A program made the translations under genes and the position numbers. The notes beneath the pieces were generated by a model that saw nothing but the letters and a program-made list of their open reading frames with translations, was not told the DNA's origin and did not search any database. From an uncultured Bacilli bacterium (GTDB lineage Bacteria > Bacillota_I > Bacilli_A > RF39 > UBA660), in contig CALVOV010000005.1 in assembly GCA_944350385.1 (NCBI GenBank), forward strand, positions 1,970-65,969: DNA of 64,000 nt. The letters are read 5' to 3'. Positions 1 to 9,931 of the stretch are shown here, one piece after another. Positions within the stretch are counted from its first letter, which is position 1. Every line of letters starts with the position of its first letter.

Positions 1-186
1 GTATGCCTATATGAAAATATTCAACAGAAAATAAATGATCCTTTTTCAAAAACTATTTGTAAATACTGTAAAAGCAAAAAGCTGAGCATCGTAAATGATG
101 AAAGTGTTGATAAAGGAATGATGCCAAAAATTTGCTTAAAGTGTGAAGAATGTGGTCAAGTGATGGAATTTGATTTAAAAAGTTGA
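1..186 (+). CDS. 3' end of a CDS truncated by the window edge; zinc-ribbon-like C-terminal tail
   Basis: Frame 1 is open from base 1 to TGA at 184-186. The translation ends ...TICKYCKSKKLSIVNDESVDKGMMPKICLKCEECGQVMEFDLKS, with two CxxC pairs. 61 aa is too short for a family call. Confidence 0.4.
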   Translation, partial: VCLYENIQQKINDPFSKTICKYCKSKKLSIVNDESVDKGMMPKICLKCEECGQVMEFDLKS

Positions 187-309
187 TATATATGACATAA
201 AAATATGATATAATCATATTAGTGAACGAATGTGGACATTGTCCTCAATTTGTCCACAGTAGATAAAATATTTATAGTAAAGATAATACCAATAATACTA
301 ATAATATGG

Positions 310-435
310 ATGTTACCTTGTACCAGTATTAAAGAAAATACTGATAATGCTATAAATACTAATAATATTGATAATATAGGGAAGCCCACTACATGTGGAT
401 CAGGGAAGAAATATAAACAATGCTGTGGAAAATAA
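310..435 (+). CDS. small SEC-C-motif peptide (41 aa from ATG 310; the ORF track extends it to GTG 232)
   Basis: The C-terminus TCGSGKKYKQCCGK resembles the SecA/YecA SEC-C metal-binding tail, but the first Cys of the canonical CxC is Thr. It is flanked by an extended -10 TGaTATAAT (206-214) and a terminator (523-558). The start codon is uncertain. Confidence 0.4.
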   Translation: MLPCTSIKENTDNAINTNNIDNIGKPTTCGSGKKYKQCCGK

Positions 436-522
436 CATAAAATAAAAAAAACTAGTAAAATAATAAATTGGTTTGAAGTTTATTGCTATTTGCATCAGTT
501 AATAAAAGTCAAGTAAAATAAG

Positions 523-558
523 AATGTACATAATAATTACAATATGTACATTTTTTTT
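523..558 (+). terminator. rho-independent terminator
   Basis: Stem AATGTACA (523-530) pairs with TGTACATT (545-552), followed by a T-run to 558. Confidence 0.6.
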
Positions 559-600
559 AATAATTAATGATATGATATATATATATAGGAGTTGATTGTT

Positions 601-1686
601 ATGATTAAACCTGAAAAATTAAATAAAGGCGATAAAATAGCAATTGTTAGTTTATCAAGTGGTATTCTTGGTATGCCATATTGTGAACATGAATTAAAAA
701 TTGCTCTAAAAAGACTGAAAAAAATGGGACTTATTCCAGTAATTATGCCAAATGCATTAAAAGGAGTTGATTATCTAAAAGAACATCCGGAAGCAAGAGC
801 AGCTGATTTAAAACAAGCTTTTATAGATGATAGTATAAAAGGAATAATATGTGCCATTGGTGGAGATGATACATATAGAACAATTCCTTATTTAATGGAA
901 GATGAAGAATTTAAAATGGCAGTAAAAAATAATCCTAAGATATTTACGGGATTTTCAGATACCACTAATAATCATTTAATGTTAAATAAACTTGGATTAT
1001 CTACTTTTTATGGACCATGTTTAATTGCTGATATAGGTGAACTTGATAATGATATGATTCCATATACTAAAGCAGAGTTTTATAAATTTTTTACATATGA
1101 ATTAAATTATGAAATTAAATCAAGCCAAGTTTGGTATAAAGAAAGAAAAAGTTTTGGTATTGAAGAGTTAGGCAAGCCTAGAGAGGTTTGCAAAGAGGAA
1201 CATGGATATGAAAAATTAAATGGAAGCGGAATTATAACAGGAAAACTTTATGGAGGATGTATAGAAAGTATATATGATGCATTTACCGGACATAGGTATA
1301 GTGATGAACCACAAGTTTTTGAAAAATATAATATATTTCCAACTAATGAAGAATGGAAAGAAAAAATACTTTTTTTGGAAACATCTGAGGAAAAACCTAA
1401 ACCTAAAGAATTAGAAAAAATGTTAATTGAATTAAAAAAAAGAAAAATATTAAACCTGGTTAAAGGAGTTATAGTAGGAAAACCTCAAGATGAAGAATAT
1501 TATGAAGATTATAAAGATATATATAGGAAAGTTTTTATAGATATAGATACCCCAGTATTATTCAATGTTAATTTTGGTCATTCAGCACCAAGATGTATAA
1601 TACCTTATGATATAGAAGCAACTATTGACTATGATGAGAAGAGGATATTTATTAATGAACCAATTTTAGAAAATAATAAAAAATAA
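601..1686 (+). CDS. LD-carboxypeptidase / MccF-like serine peptidase (S66 family)
   Basis: Shows the GFSDTTNNH nucleophile-Ser motif, the N-terminal L(K/N)KGDKIAIVSLSSG pattern and a C-terminal FGHS segment typical of S66 peptidases. AGGAG at 587-591 favours ATG 601 over the track's TTG 592. Confidence 0.8.
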   Translation: MIKPEKLNKGDKIAIVSLSSGILGMPYCEHELKIALKRLKKMGLIPVIMPNALKGVDYLKEHPEARAADLKQAFIDDSIKGIICAIGGDDTYRTIPYLMEDEEFKMAVKNNPKIFTGFSDTTNNHLMLNKLGLSTFYGPCLIADIGELDNDMIPYTKAEFYKFFTYELNYEIKSSQVWYKERKSFGIEELGKPREVCKEEHGYEKLNGSGIITGKLYGGCIESIYDAFTGHRYSDEPQVFEKYNIFPTNEEWKEKILFLETSEEKPKPKELEKMLIELKKRKILNLVKGVIVGKPQDEEYYEDYKDIYRKVFIDIDTPVLFNVNFGHSAPRCIIPYDIEATIDYDEKRIFINEPILENNKK

Positions 1687-1698
1687 ATACAATTTAAA

Positions 1699-1728
1699 AG
1701 TATTGACAATCATTGTCAATACTTTTTT
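1699..1728 (+). terminator. rho-independent terminator
   Basis: Perfect 11-bp stem AGTATTGACAA / TTGTCAATACT (1699-1709 and 1713-1723) with a 3-nt loop and a T6 tail. Confidence 0.75.
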
Positions 1729-2004
1729 AATATAAAAAAAAGTAAAAAAGTTACTAATATTATGACAGAAAGTATATAGCAATAACAATATAAAAATGCA
1801 ATATATTATGCTCTTAATCAACACTATTGAAATTATATCAACTATATAATAAAAAAATTAAGCATATTTAAAGATAAAGCTACGATAGATACAGACCATC
1901 TAATAGTTTTCTCTTTTATAAAAAGCATGGATTTTTAGTATAAATAGAGTTGTAATATATAAAAAAACATATAAAAATGATATAATTTTTTTAAAGGAGG
2001 GTCT

Positions 2005-2706
2005 ATGTCATATATAGAATTTAATAAAGTATGTAAAGTATACCAAATGGGAGAAGTAAAGACTAAAGCTTTAAACAATACTTCTTTCACTATAGAAAAG
2101 GGAGAGCTAGTTTGTATTTTAGGGCCTAGTGGAGCAGGAAAAACTACTTGCTTAAATATTTTAGGAGGTATGGATAAACTAACGTCTGGTGAAGTAATAG
2201 TAGACAACAAAAGAATAGATAAACTATCCGATCGAGAATTAATTAAATATCGACGTAATGATATTGGATTTGTATTTCAATTTTATAATTTAATTCAAAA
2301 TATGACGGTGTTAGAAAACGTCGAACTTGCTGTTCAATTATGTTCAGATCACTTAAATCCAAAGACAATATTGGATAGGGTTGGTCTAAAAGGCAAAAAG
2401 AATAATTTTCCTTCACAATTATCTGGAGGAGAACAACAGCGCGTAGCGATAGCACGAGCAATTGCTAAAAATCCTAAATTATTATTATGTGATGAACCAA
2501 CAGGTGCTCTTGACTACAAAACAGGAAAACAAATATTAAAGTTACTAGAAGATACATCTCGAAAAGAAAAAATGACAGTAGTTATTATTACTCATAATTC
2601 TGCCATAGCTAAAATGGCAGATAAAGTTATCAAGTTTAAAAATGGTGGTGTCGAAGATATTATCATAAATGAGAAACCTACTAGTGTTTTAGATATAGAG
2701 TGGTAA
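2005..2706 (+). CDS. ABC transporter ATP-binding protein (MacB/LolD-like)
   Basis: Walker A GPSGAGKT, signature [14 protein letters not shown], Walker [13 protein letters not shown] and H-loop ITHN are all present. Confidence 0.9.
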   Translation: MSYIEFNKVCKVYQMGEVKTKALNNTSFTIEKGELVCILGPSGAGKTTCLNILGGMDKLTSGEVIVDNKRIDKLSDRELIKYRRNDIGFVFQFYNLIQNMTVLENVELAVQLCSDHLNPKTILDRVGLKGKKNNFPSQLSGGEQQRVAIARAIAKNPKLLLCDEPTGALDYKTGKQILKLLEDTSRKEKMTVVIITHNSAIAKMADKVIKFKNGGVEDIIINEKPTSVLDIEW

Positions 2707-5216
2707 AAATTAAAAAGAAAGGAATGTATCTTGCTATGAAAAATAAATTAATACAACACATATTTAGAAAAATAAAAAATAATTATAAAAGATTCATTTC
2801 ACTATTATGTATGTCTTTATTAGGAGTAGGATTTTATGCTGGTATAAAAGCTACTAGTCCTGATATGATAAAAACATTAGATACTTTTTTTGATAGTCAA
2901 GAAGTGTATGATATAGAAATAGTATCTACTTTAGGATTGACTGAAAATGATATAACTGAACTAGAAAAAATACCAAATATTAATAAAGTAGTAGGCTCAA
3001 CTTATAAAGATGTATTTACCAATATAGAAAAAGAAGAATATATTATTAGACTATTACCAATAATGGATGATATAAATAAACTACATTTGGTAGAAGGTCG
3101 TATGCCAAATAAAGATAACGAAATACTTGTTGAGGAATCTTTTTTAGAAAAAGGAAATTATAAAATAGGAGATTCTATAAGTATTTTATCTTCAACCAAA
3201 GAAGAAAATAAATTTGAAATAGTTGGAGTTGCTATTAGTCCGTTGTATTTTTCAAATAATACTAATAGAGGGACTACTACATTAGGTGGAGGAACGATAA
3301 ATTATTTTGCCTATGTAAATAATGATATTTTAAAAGATGAATACTATACCAATATATATATTACTGTAGATAATGCTAAAGAAAAAGTTACATTTAGTGA
3401 TGAATATAATAACTTAATAAATAAAGTAATAAGTAATATAGAACAAATTAAAGAAGAGAGAGAAAAAGAAAGATATAATGAATTATACGGCACTACTATA
3501 GCAAATGCTAACAATCATAATATTCCTATTGATACAAGTAAATTTGATAGCCCTGTTTGGTATATATGGGATAGGACAGAAAATGTTGGCTACAAAAACT
3601 TAACTGATGCTAGTACTAATATTCAAAAATTAGGAAATGTTTTTCCACTAGTATTTTATATAATAGCAGTATTAATTAGTTTAATATCAATGAAAAGAAT
3701 GATAGAAGAAGACAGAACAGAAAATGGTACTTTAAAAGCTTTAGGTTTTAATAATCTACAAATTACTATGAAATATATTGTATATTCTACCTTAGCTACA
3801 GTACTTGGTGGACTTATAGGTATGCTAATTGGATTTAATCTAATTCCTAGAGTTATTTGGAATATCTACCAATTGATATTTACAATTCCTAATTTTATTT
3901 GTGAATTCAATTTTTCAACTGCTTTAGTTGGTCTTTCAATTGCACTAATTTGTATAACAGGAACTGCAATAGTAGTTTCTTACAAAAATTTAAGAGAAGT
4001 ACCAGCTAATTTAATGAGACCAAAAGCACCAAAAATTGGTAAAAAAATTTTTTTAGAATATATAAAAATTTTATGGAAAAAATTAAAATTTTCAAATAAA
4101 ATCACCATAAGAAACATTTTTAGATATAAAGGAAGAGTAATGGCAACAATAATTGGTATTTCTGGGTGTACCGCTCTTATCTTATCTGGTTTTGGTTTAA
4201 AGGATTCAATAAGTGATATAGCTAATTTTCAATTTAATAAAGTATTCCATTATGATAAATTAGTTGCTTTAAAAGAAAATGTTGATTATACAAATATGTA
4301 TAAATATTTAGATAATAGTTCTGATGTTAAAGATATAGTTAATTTAAATATGGAAAATGTTGATTTACTTAAAGAAGAGGAAAAACAAGATGGTACTTTA
4401 ATAGTTGCTGATAATATTAAAGAATTAGAAAAAGTATTATCTTTAAAAGATATTAATAATGGAGAACAAGTAAAATTGAATAATAATAGTGTTGTCATAA
4501 CAGATAAACTATCACAATTATTTAATTTAGAAATTGGAGATAATATTACTATAACTAATGATAGTGGCAAAAAAGTAAATGTTAATATAACAAACATAAT
4601 TGAAAATTATGTAAATAATTACGTTATTATAAATAAATATCTGTATGAAAAAATTTTTGATGAATATAAAACAAATACTATTATGTTGAATATGAACAAA
4701 ATATCAGAAAAAGAGAACAAAGAATTTGATAAATATCTTATTAATCAAAATGATGTTGCTTCAATCATGAATATCGAAGATGCTGTTAAAGAAATTACTG
4801 ATATGATGGATAAATTAAACTCTGTAGTAATTATTTTAATTGTTTCTTCAGCATTATTAGCTTTTGTAGTTTTATATAACCTATCAAATATAAATATTAG
4901 TGAAAGAAAAAGAGAAATTGCAACATTAAAAGTTTTAGGATTTTACAATAAAGAAGTAGATGATTATATTACCAAAGAAAATTTGATTTTAACCATCATA
5001 GGTATCTCTATCGGATTATTCGCAGGTTTGTATTTATGTCATTATATAATTTCTACTTGTGAACCAGATTACATTATGTTTGTTAGACATATTAATATAA
5101 AAAGTTATATATATGCTACAATCATTACGGCATTATTTACCATTATAGTTAATATTATTACTCATTTTAATTTAAAGAAAATAGATATGATTGAATCTTT
5201 AAAAAATATAGAGTAA
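2700..5216 (+). CDS. ABC transporter permease with two FtsX domains (MacB-like)
   Basis: 838 aa with two repeated TM blocks, each followed by a large extracytoplasmic region, and FtsX-type segments (GTLKALGF..., IATLKVLGF...). It overlaps the ATPase gene stop. The real start may be ATG 2724 or 2736. Confidence 0.85.
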   Translation: MVKIKKKGMYLAMKNKLIQHIFRKIKNNYKRFISLLCMSLLGVGFYAGIKATSPDMIKTLDTFFDSQEVYDIEIVSTLGLTENDITELEKIPNINKVVGSTYKDVFTNIEKEEYIIRLLPIMDDINKLHLVEGRMPNKDNEILVEESFLEKGNYKIGDSISILSSTKEENKFEIVGVAISPLYFSNNTNRGTTTLGGGTINYFAYVNNDILKDEYYTNIYITVDNAKEKVTFSDEYNNLINKVISNIEQIKEEREKERYNELYGTTIANANNHNIPIDTSKFDSPVWYIWDRTENVGYKNLTDASTNIQKLGNVFPLVFYIIAVLISLISMKRMIEEDRTENGTLKALGFNNLQITMKYIVYSTLATVLGGLIGMLIGFNLIPRVIWNIYQLIFTIPNFICEFNFSTALVGLSIALICITGTAIVVSYKNLREVPANLMRPKAPKIGKKIFLEYIKILWKKLKFSNKITIRNIFRYKGRVMATIIGISGCTALILSGFGLKDSISDIANFQFNKVFHYDKLVALKENVDYTNMYKYLDNSSDVKDIVNLNMENVDLLKEEEKQDGTLIVADNIKELEKVLSLKDINNGEQVKLNNNSVVITDKLSQLFNLEIGDNITITNDSGKKVNVNITNIIENYVNNYVIINKYLYEKIFDEYKTNTIMLNMNKISEKENKEFDKYLINQNDVASIMNIEDAVKEITDMMDKLNSVVIILIVSSALLAFVVLYNLSNINISERKREIATLKVLGFYNKEVDDYITKENLILTIIGISIGLFAGLYLCHYIISTCEPDYIMFVRHINIKSYIYATIITALFTIIVNIITHFNLKKIDMIESLKNIE

Positions 5217-5226
5217 AAATAATTTT

Positions 5227-5262
5227 AAGACAATACATAAAAATATTTATGTCGATTGTCTT
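5227..5262 (+). terminator. long imperfect hairpin, probable terminator
   Basis: AAGACAATACATAAA (5227-5241) pairs with TTTATGT-cg-ATTGTCTT (5246-5262). It lies directly after the permease stop and is followed by a T-rich sequence. Confidence 0.5.
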
Positions 5263-5422
5263 GTTTATTATTTCTAATACGAGTAAAACAGATACTAAAA
5301 GAATTACTAAATAAATATAAAATTTACATATCTGATAATAAACTGTGTTAATTAAAGACAAATTAATTAAAAAGACAATAAAGATGATATTTATTATGAT
5401 AGAATGTCATTAGGTGATGTAG

Positions 5423-6241
5423 ATGTTTTATGGCAATTGGGATCAAATAAGAAAAAAATTAGAAGAGGAAAATAAAATAATATTTAAAGATTTGAAAGTA
5501 GAAAAACTTTCTAGTTATGAAAAAAGAAAAATAATCTATAACTATCTTTGTGAAAATATTAAATATGATTATAGTAAACTATTTGATATTTATCTATCAA
5601 CAATATATCCAGATATTGAAGAACAAATTTTTAACAATAAAGAGCAATTTATAATAAGTGTTCTGAATGATTATCAAATTTTTGATCCAGCAGCTTATAA
5701 AGCTCTAAAAGACAAAGTTGATAATATGAATTATGAAAAAGGAAGAAATCCTTATTTAGAGTTAGAAAGTGTCATAAATAATCATGTTGGTATTTGTAAT
5801 GGAATATCCCAATATTATAAGTTATTATTAGAAATCAATGGAATATATTCGGTATGTGTAATATGTGATAATATGACTCCAAGAAATCATCAAATCAATC
5901 TTGTTTATGATGATGAGAATAAAACTTATAGTTTTGATGATGTAACATCAGCAATAATTGATAAGGAAAAAAAAGAAAGTTGTTTTGATTATGATATAGA
6001 AATGGCTAAAGAATTAAATCAAGGAATAAGGCCGGTTGGCTATTTAATATCTCATGGAAAAGAAATAGATGATATGTATGATTCTTTTGGAATCATATTA
6101 AGTTCAGATGTAATAAATTTATATGTTGGAAAAAAAGATAAAGAATATTTAAAATATGAATTAGAAAAAAATAATAATATTAATTTACCTAATAATATCA
6201 TTTCAATGCGAAGAATGAACAATTTAACTAGCAGAAAATAA
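5423..6241 (+). CDS. transglutaminase-like (cysteine peptidase fold) domain protein
   Basis: Cys...His...Asp pattern in VGICNGISQYYKLLLEINGIYSVCVICDNMTPRNHQINLVYDDENKTYSFDDVT, matching the transglutaminase-core arrangement. No signal peptide is visible. Confidence 0.55.
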   Translation: MFYGNWDQIRKKLEEENKIIFKDLKVEKLSSYEKRKIIYNYLCENIKYDYSKLFDIYLSTIYPDIEEQIFNNKEQFIISVLNDYQIFDPAAYKALKDKVDNMNYEKGRNPYLELESVINNHVGICNGISQYYKLLLEINGIYSVCVICDNMTPRNHQINLVYDDENKTYSFDDVTSAIIDKEKKESCFDYDIEMAKELNQGIRPVGYLISHGKEIDDMYDSFGIILSSDVINLYVGKKDKEYLKYELEKNNNINLPNNIISMRRMNNLTSRK

Positions 6242-6253
6242 AAGGAGATAAGT

Positions 6254-6784
6254 ATGAAAATTTTAATTGGTACAAGAAATCCTGGAAAAATAGAAGGTGT
6301 AAAAAGAGCTTTTAGTAAATATTTTACTGAAGTAGAAGTTGAAGGATTTGCAGTAGAATCAGATGTCAGTGAACAACCATTTGATGATGAAGTTTTGAAA
6401 GGTGCAAAAAATAGAGTTAAAAATGTTAAAAAATTAGCTGAACATAAAGGAATAAAAGCAGACTTCTATGTAGGTATAGAAGGAGGAATTACTAATAGCT
6501 TAGGAACTATTATTGAATTAAATATGGCTGTTGTAGAAGATAATAATAATTTTCAAAGTGTTGGCACTTCACCAGGATTTTCCGTTCCTGAAAGATATAT
6601 TGAAGAAATCAAAAAAACAGATTTTGGTAAGTTAATGGATAAATTATTTAATGGTAAAAAACTTTCTGATGGAAAAGGAGGAATCAGCTTTTTAACCAAA
6701 GAACAAGTATCTAGAATAGATATGGTAGAGTTAGCAACAACAATGGCTTTAGCAAGTCATATAAATGCAGATTTATGGAAATAA
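6254..6784 (+). CDS. inosine/xanthosine triphosphatase (YjjX / DUF84 NTPase family)
   Basis: The N-terminus MKILIGTRNPGKIEGVKRAF, the length (176 aa) and the internal GIEGG motif are typical of YjjX-type non-canonical purine NTP phosphatases. Confidence 0.65.
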   Translation: MKILIGTRNPGKIEGVKRAFSKYFTEVEVEGFAVESDVSEQPFDDEVLKGAKNRVKNVKKLAEHKGIKADFYVGIEGGITNSLGTIIELNMAVVEDNNNFQSVGTSPGFSVPERYIEEIKKTDFGKLMDKLFNGKKLSDGKGGISFLTKEQVSRIDMVELATTMALASHINADLWK

Positions 6785-6790
6785 AAAAAA

Positions 6791-6808
6791 GAACTCCTTA
6801 GGGAGTTC
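6791..6808. terminator. GC-containing hairpin after the NTPase gene
   Basis: GAACTCC-ttag-GGAGTTC. An A8 run precedes it and no T-run follows, so the orientation looks better suited to the - strand. Function is uncertain. Confidence 0.35.
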
Positions 6809-7012
6809 TATCTATATATAAGAGGATCTTCACACTTCATAGTGAACCTTCCTCATTAATAATATATGTTATTTAATTAATTTTATACGTATAATATATG
6901 TAAAAATATAGAAATAAAGAAAATTCAATACAACTATGCTTTCAAATTATATATAAATATGTTATTCTACAACTAGAAAGTACTGATAATAAATTATAAA
7001 TAAGGAGACATT

Positions 7013-8105
7013 ATGGAAAAGAAGGATTTAATTAAATTAGTAAAAACAGACATAGAAAAAATTAATGATTTATGGAGGGCACTTTGACATTGATCGTAAA
7101 GTAAAAGAACAACAAGAATTAGAAATAGAGACTACTCAAACAACCTTTTGGAATGATCATCAAAAAGCAGAAGAAGTATTAAAACAAATAACAGAACTAA
7201 AGAGTTTAACTTCATCAATTATTAATTTGAAAAAACAATTAACAGACAACAAAGAACTTTTATATATTTTATCAGTGGAAGATGAAGAATATAAAGAACT
7301 AGAAAAATCAATATGTGAAAATAATTCAGAAGTAGAAAAGTTAAACTTACTATTATTATTAAATGGACCCTATGATAAAAAAAATTGCATTTTAGAAATT
7401 CATTCTGGAGCAGGAGGAACAGAAGCCTGTGATTGGGCTAATATGCTATATAGAATGTATATAAGATGGTGTGAAAGTAAAAATTATAAAATTGAATTAT
7501 TAGATTATCAAGCAGGAGATGAAACAGGTATCAAAAGTGTTTCTATAAGAGTGAAGGGAATAAATGCCTATGGTTATTTAAAAAACGAAAAAGGTGTTCA
7601 TCGATTAGTTAGATTATCTCCCTTTGATTCAAATAATAGAAGACATACCTCTTTTGCTTCTGTAGAAGTAACACCAGAAATAGAAGTTGATAATACAATC
7701 GAAATAGATGAAAAAGACTTAAAAATAGATGTTTATCGTTCAACAGGTGCAGGTGGACAAGGAGTAAACACTACTGATTCGGCAGTAAGAATAACGCATT
7801 TACCAAGTAAAATAGTTGTAACATGTCAAAATGAAAGAAGTCAAATTCAGAATAAAGAAGAAGCACTAAAAGTATTAAAAAGTAAATTACTGCTTAAGAA
7901 AATAGAAGAACAAGAAGAAGAATTAAGAATTGTTAAAGGAGAGCAAAGAAATATAGAATTTGGTTCTCAAATAAGAAGTTATATAATGCATCCTTATTCA
8001 TTAGTAAAAGATCATCGAACTAATTTTGAAACGAGCGATGTAAATAAAGTTTTAGATGGAGATTTAGATGGTTTTATTGAAAGTAATTTAAAAAAGGGGC
8101 TATAA
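7013..8105 (+). CDS. prfB: peptide chain release factor 2, expressed through a programmed +1 frameshift
   Basis: ATG 7013 opens a 24-codon frame that ends CTT TGA C (7082-7088). The +1 frame (GAC at 7086) continues into the track ORF 7065..8105, which carries the SPF tripeptide and GGQ (STGAGGQGVNTTDSAVRITHLPS). An RBS AAGGAG lies upstream of 7013. Confidence 0.93.
7074..7088 (+). other. prfB recoding site (internal SD-like GGAGGG + CTT TGA C)
   Basis: GGAGGG at 7074-7079 sits 2 nt upstream of the slippery CTT followed by in-frame TGA C. This is the canonical RF2 autoregulatory frameshift cassette. Confidence 0.9.
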
Positions 8106-8108
8106 AAT

Positions 8109-8987
8109 ATGAGGCTATTACGTAAAGATAATTTAGAAATAATTAAATATGTACAAAAAAAGTCTTATCTAAAAAGATTTATATCTTTTATAATAGGTGT
8201 ATTTCTGATTGCAACATCCTACAATCTTTTTTTGGCACCAAATAATCTTGTGCCTGGTGGAGTAGGTGGAGTAGCTATTCTTTTAAATAGAGCTATTGGA
8301 ATTGATAATTCAATTATAATTTTAGTACTTAATACTTTGTTATTAATACTAAGTTTGATTTTACTAGGAAAGGAAAAGACAAGAGCAACATTGTTAGGTT
8401 CAATCCTATTTCCAATCTTTGTTCAAATTACTAAAAATATTGGTTATATTATTCAAATCAATACTCAAGAATTATTATTACTTACTATTTTTGGAGGAGT
8501 ATTATATGGATTTGGTGCTGGTTTAGTATTTAAAGCAGGTTTTACAACAGGAGGAACAGATATAGTAAACCAGATACTATCAAAATATTTAAAAATAAGT
8601 ATGGGAAAAAGCATGCTAATTAGTGATGGATTAATAGTATGTTCATCTATATTTGTTTTTGGAATAAATCATTTTATGTATTCAATAATTATTTTGTATA
8701 TTATAAGTATGATGTCAGATAGAGTTGTCTTAGGTATTTCTGATAGTAAAGCATTTTACATTATTACAGACAAAGATGATGAAGTAAAATCTTATATCTT
8801 AAAATATTTAAATCATGGTGTCACAATATTTAAAGCCAAAGGAGGATTTAAAAAAGAGAATCGAAATGTTTTAATGTGCGTATTGCCAACAAAAGATTAT
8901 TTTAAATTAAAAGCAGGATTAAATGAAATTGATAAAGAAGCATTTTTTGTGGTAACAGACGCCTACGAGGTATTCGGAGGTGAATAA
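8109..8987 (+). CDS. YitT-family membrane protein (DUF2179 C-terminal domain)
   Basis: Multi-TM N-terminal part with NLVPGGVGGVA and GFTTGGTDI motifs. The C-terminal soluble domain ends FFVVTDAYEVFGGE. Confidence 0.8.
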   Translation: MRLLRKDNLEIIKYVQKKSYLKRFISFIIGVFLIATSYNLFLAPNNLVPGGVGGVAILLNRAIGIDNSIIILVLNTLLLILSLILLGKEKTRATLLGSILFPIFVQITKNIGYIIQINTQELLLLTIFGGVLYGFGAGLVFKAGFTTGGTDIVNQILSKYLKISMGKSMLISDGLIVCSSIFVFGINHFMYSIIILYIISMMSDRVVLGISDSKAFYIITDKDDEVKSYILKYLNHGVTIFKAKGGFKKENRNVLMCVLPTKDYFKLKAGLNEIDKEAFFVVTDAYEVFGGE

Positions 8988-8989
8988 AA

Positions 8990-9847
8990 ATGGAAAATAG
9001 CATCAAGAAACTAAAAATTAGAAATAAAATAAAAACCATTTTTATTTTAGTTATAGCACTTACAATAACAGCAGTATGTTACAATTTATTTTTATTGCAA
9101 CTTAATATTGTAACAGGTGGTGCTAATGGTATAGCAACAATAACAAAAAGAGTGTTTAATATAGACCAATCTATAATGATTTTTACAATAAATATTTTAT
9201 TTTTAATTACTAGTAGAATTTTTCTAGGGAAAGAGAAAACAATGGGAATTTTGGCTATAAGTATAATTTATCCTATCTTTGTAAAACTAACAGAGCCACT
9301 GACAAATATTGTACAAATTAATACTGGAGATGTATTTATTTTAGTTATTTTTGCAGGATTATTATGTGGTTTTGCTAACGGATTAATATATAGATCTGGT
9401 TATAACTCAGGAGGATTAAGTGTACTATGCCAAGTACTTTATGAAAAATTAAAAGTACCTCTAGATAAAGCTGTATTATTTGTAAACTTAGCAGTAGTAT
9501 TGGCAGGAGCTATAGTATTTGGTATAGAAAAGGCAATGTTTGCTATTATTTATTTATATATAAGTAATATTATTATGAATAAAGTATTACTAGGAATTTC
9601 TACTAATAAAGCATTTTATATAATAACAAGTGAACCAGAAGAGATATCTGATTATATTATAAATGTATTAGGTCATGATACGACTAATTTTGAAGTAAAG
9701 GGAGGATTTTTAGAAAAAAGTAAAAAAGTAATATTAACAATTGTACCAACTAGAGATTATTATAGAATTAAAGAAGGAATAAAGATGATTGATGATAAAG
9801 CGTTTTTTATTGCTACTGACTCGTATGAAGTAAAAGGTGCTAATTAA
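8990..9847 (+). CDS. YitT-family membrane protein, tandem paralog
   Basis: Same architecture as the preceding gene (NIVTGGANGIA, SGGLSV, FFIATDSYEVKG). Only 2 nt separate the two genes. Confidence 0.8.
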   Translation: MENSIKKLKIRNKIKTIFILVIALTITAVCYNLFLLQLNIVTGGANGIATITKRVFNIDQSIMIFTINILFLITSRIFLGKEKTMGILAISIIYPIFVKLTEPLTNIVQINTGDVFILVIFAGLLCGFANGLIYRSGYNSGGLSVLCQVLYEKLKVPLDKAVLFVNLAVVLAGAIVFGIEKAMFAIIYLYISNIIMNKVLLGISTNKAFYIITSEPEEISDYIINVLGHDTTNFEVKGGFLEKSKKVILTIVPTRDYYRIKEGIKMIDDKAFFIATDSYEVKGAN

Positions 9848-9931
9848 CACTTATTTTTTCTTTTTAACGTTATTTGGTTTATATATACGAATTTTTATGT
9901 TACAATAAACTAATGAAGATAGGAGGAAAAA

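Noticed and set aside
232-309. N-terminal extension of the SEC-C peptide ORF from GTG 232.
   Set aside because: GTG 232 lies inside the TGTGGACA arm of the inverted repeat and has no RBS. The extension is an Ile-rich run. ATG 310 is kept as the more conservative start, but neither start is proven.
1935-2210. Antisense ORFs in the track. Examples: 1935..2210, 2243..2461, 4286..4597, 10137..10385, 10336..10626, 11081..11338, 11620..11808, 18406..18702, 19688..20049, 22119..22334, 29352..29763, 30836..31411, 40135..40416, 44198..44473, 45639..45956, 58966..59181, 62132..62359.
   Set aside because: Each lies entirely opposite a well-supported, motif-rich + strand gene. Each has a low-complexity Ile/Leu/Phe/Ser-rich translation typical of the reverse strand of AT-rich coding DNA, and none has a visible RBS.
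5167-5361. 64-aa - strand ORF in the permease / transglutaminase-like intergenic region.
   Set aside because: It overlaps the permease 3' end and the terminator hairpin (5227-5262). The sequence is hydrophobic and low-complexity and has no RBS.
2005-6241. MacB-type ABC exporter plus the downstream transglutaminase-like protein, considered as a toxin-export or defence module.
   Set aside because: The genes are separated by a terminator and about 200 nt. There is no peptide precursor, immunity gene, two-component system or other accessory gene nearby. Both families are common stand-alone housekeeping or accessory genes.
8109-9847. Tandem YitT/DUF2179 paralogs, considered as something unusual.
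   Set aside because: Multiple YitT-family copies, often adjacent, are common in Firmicutes. Both copies look intact and nothing else is distinctive.
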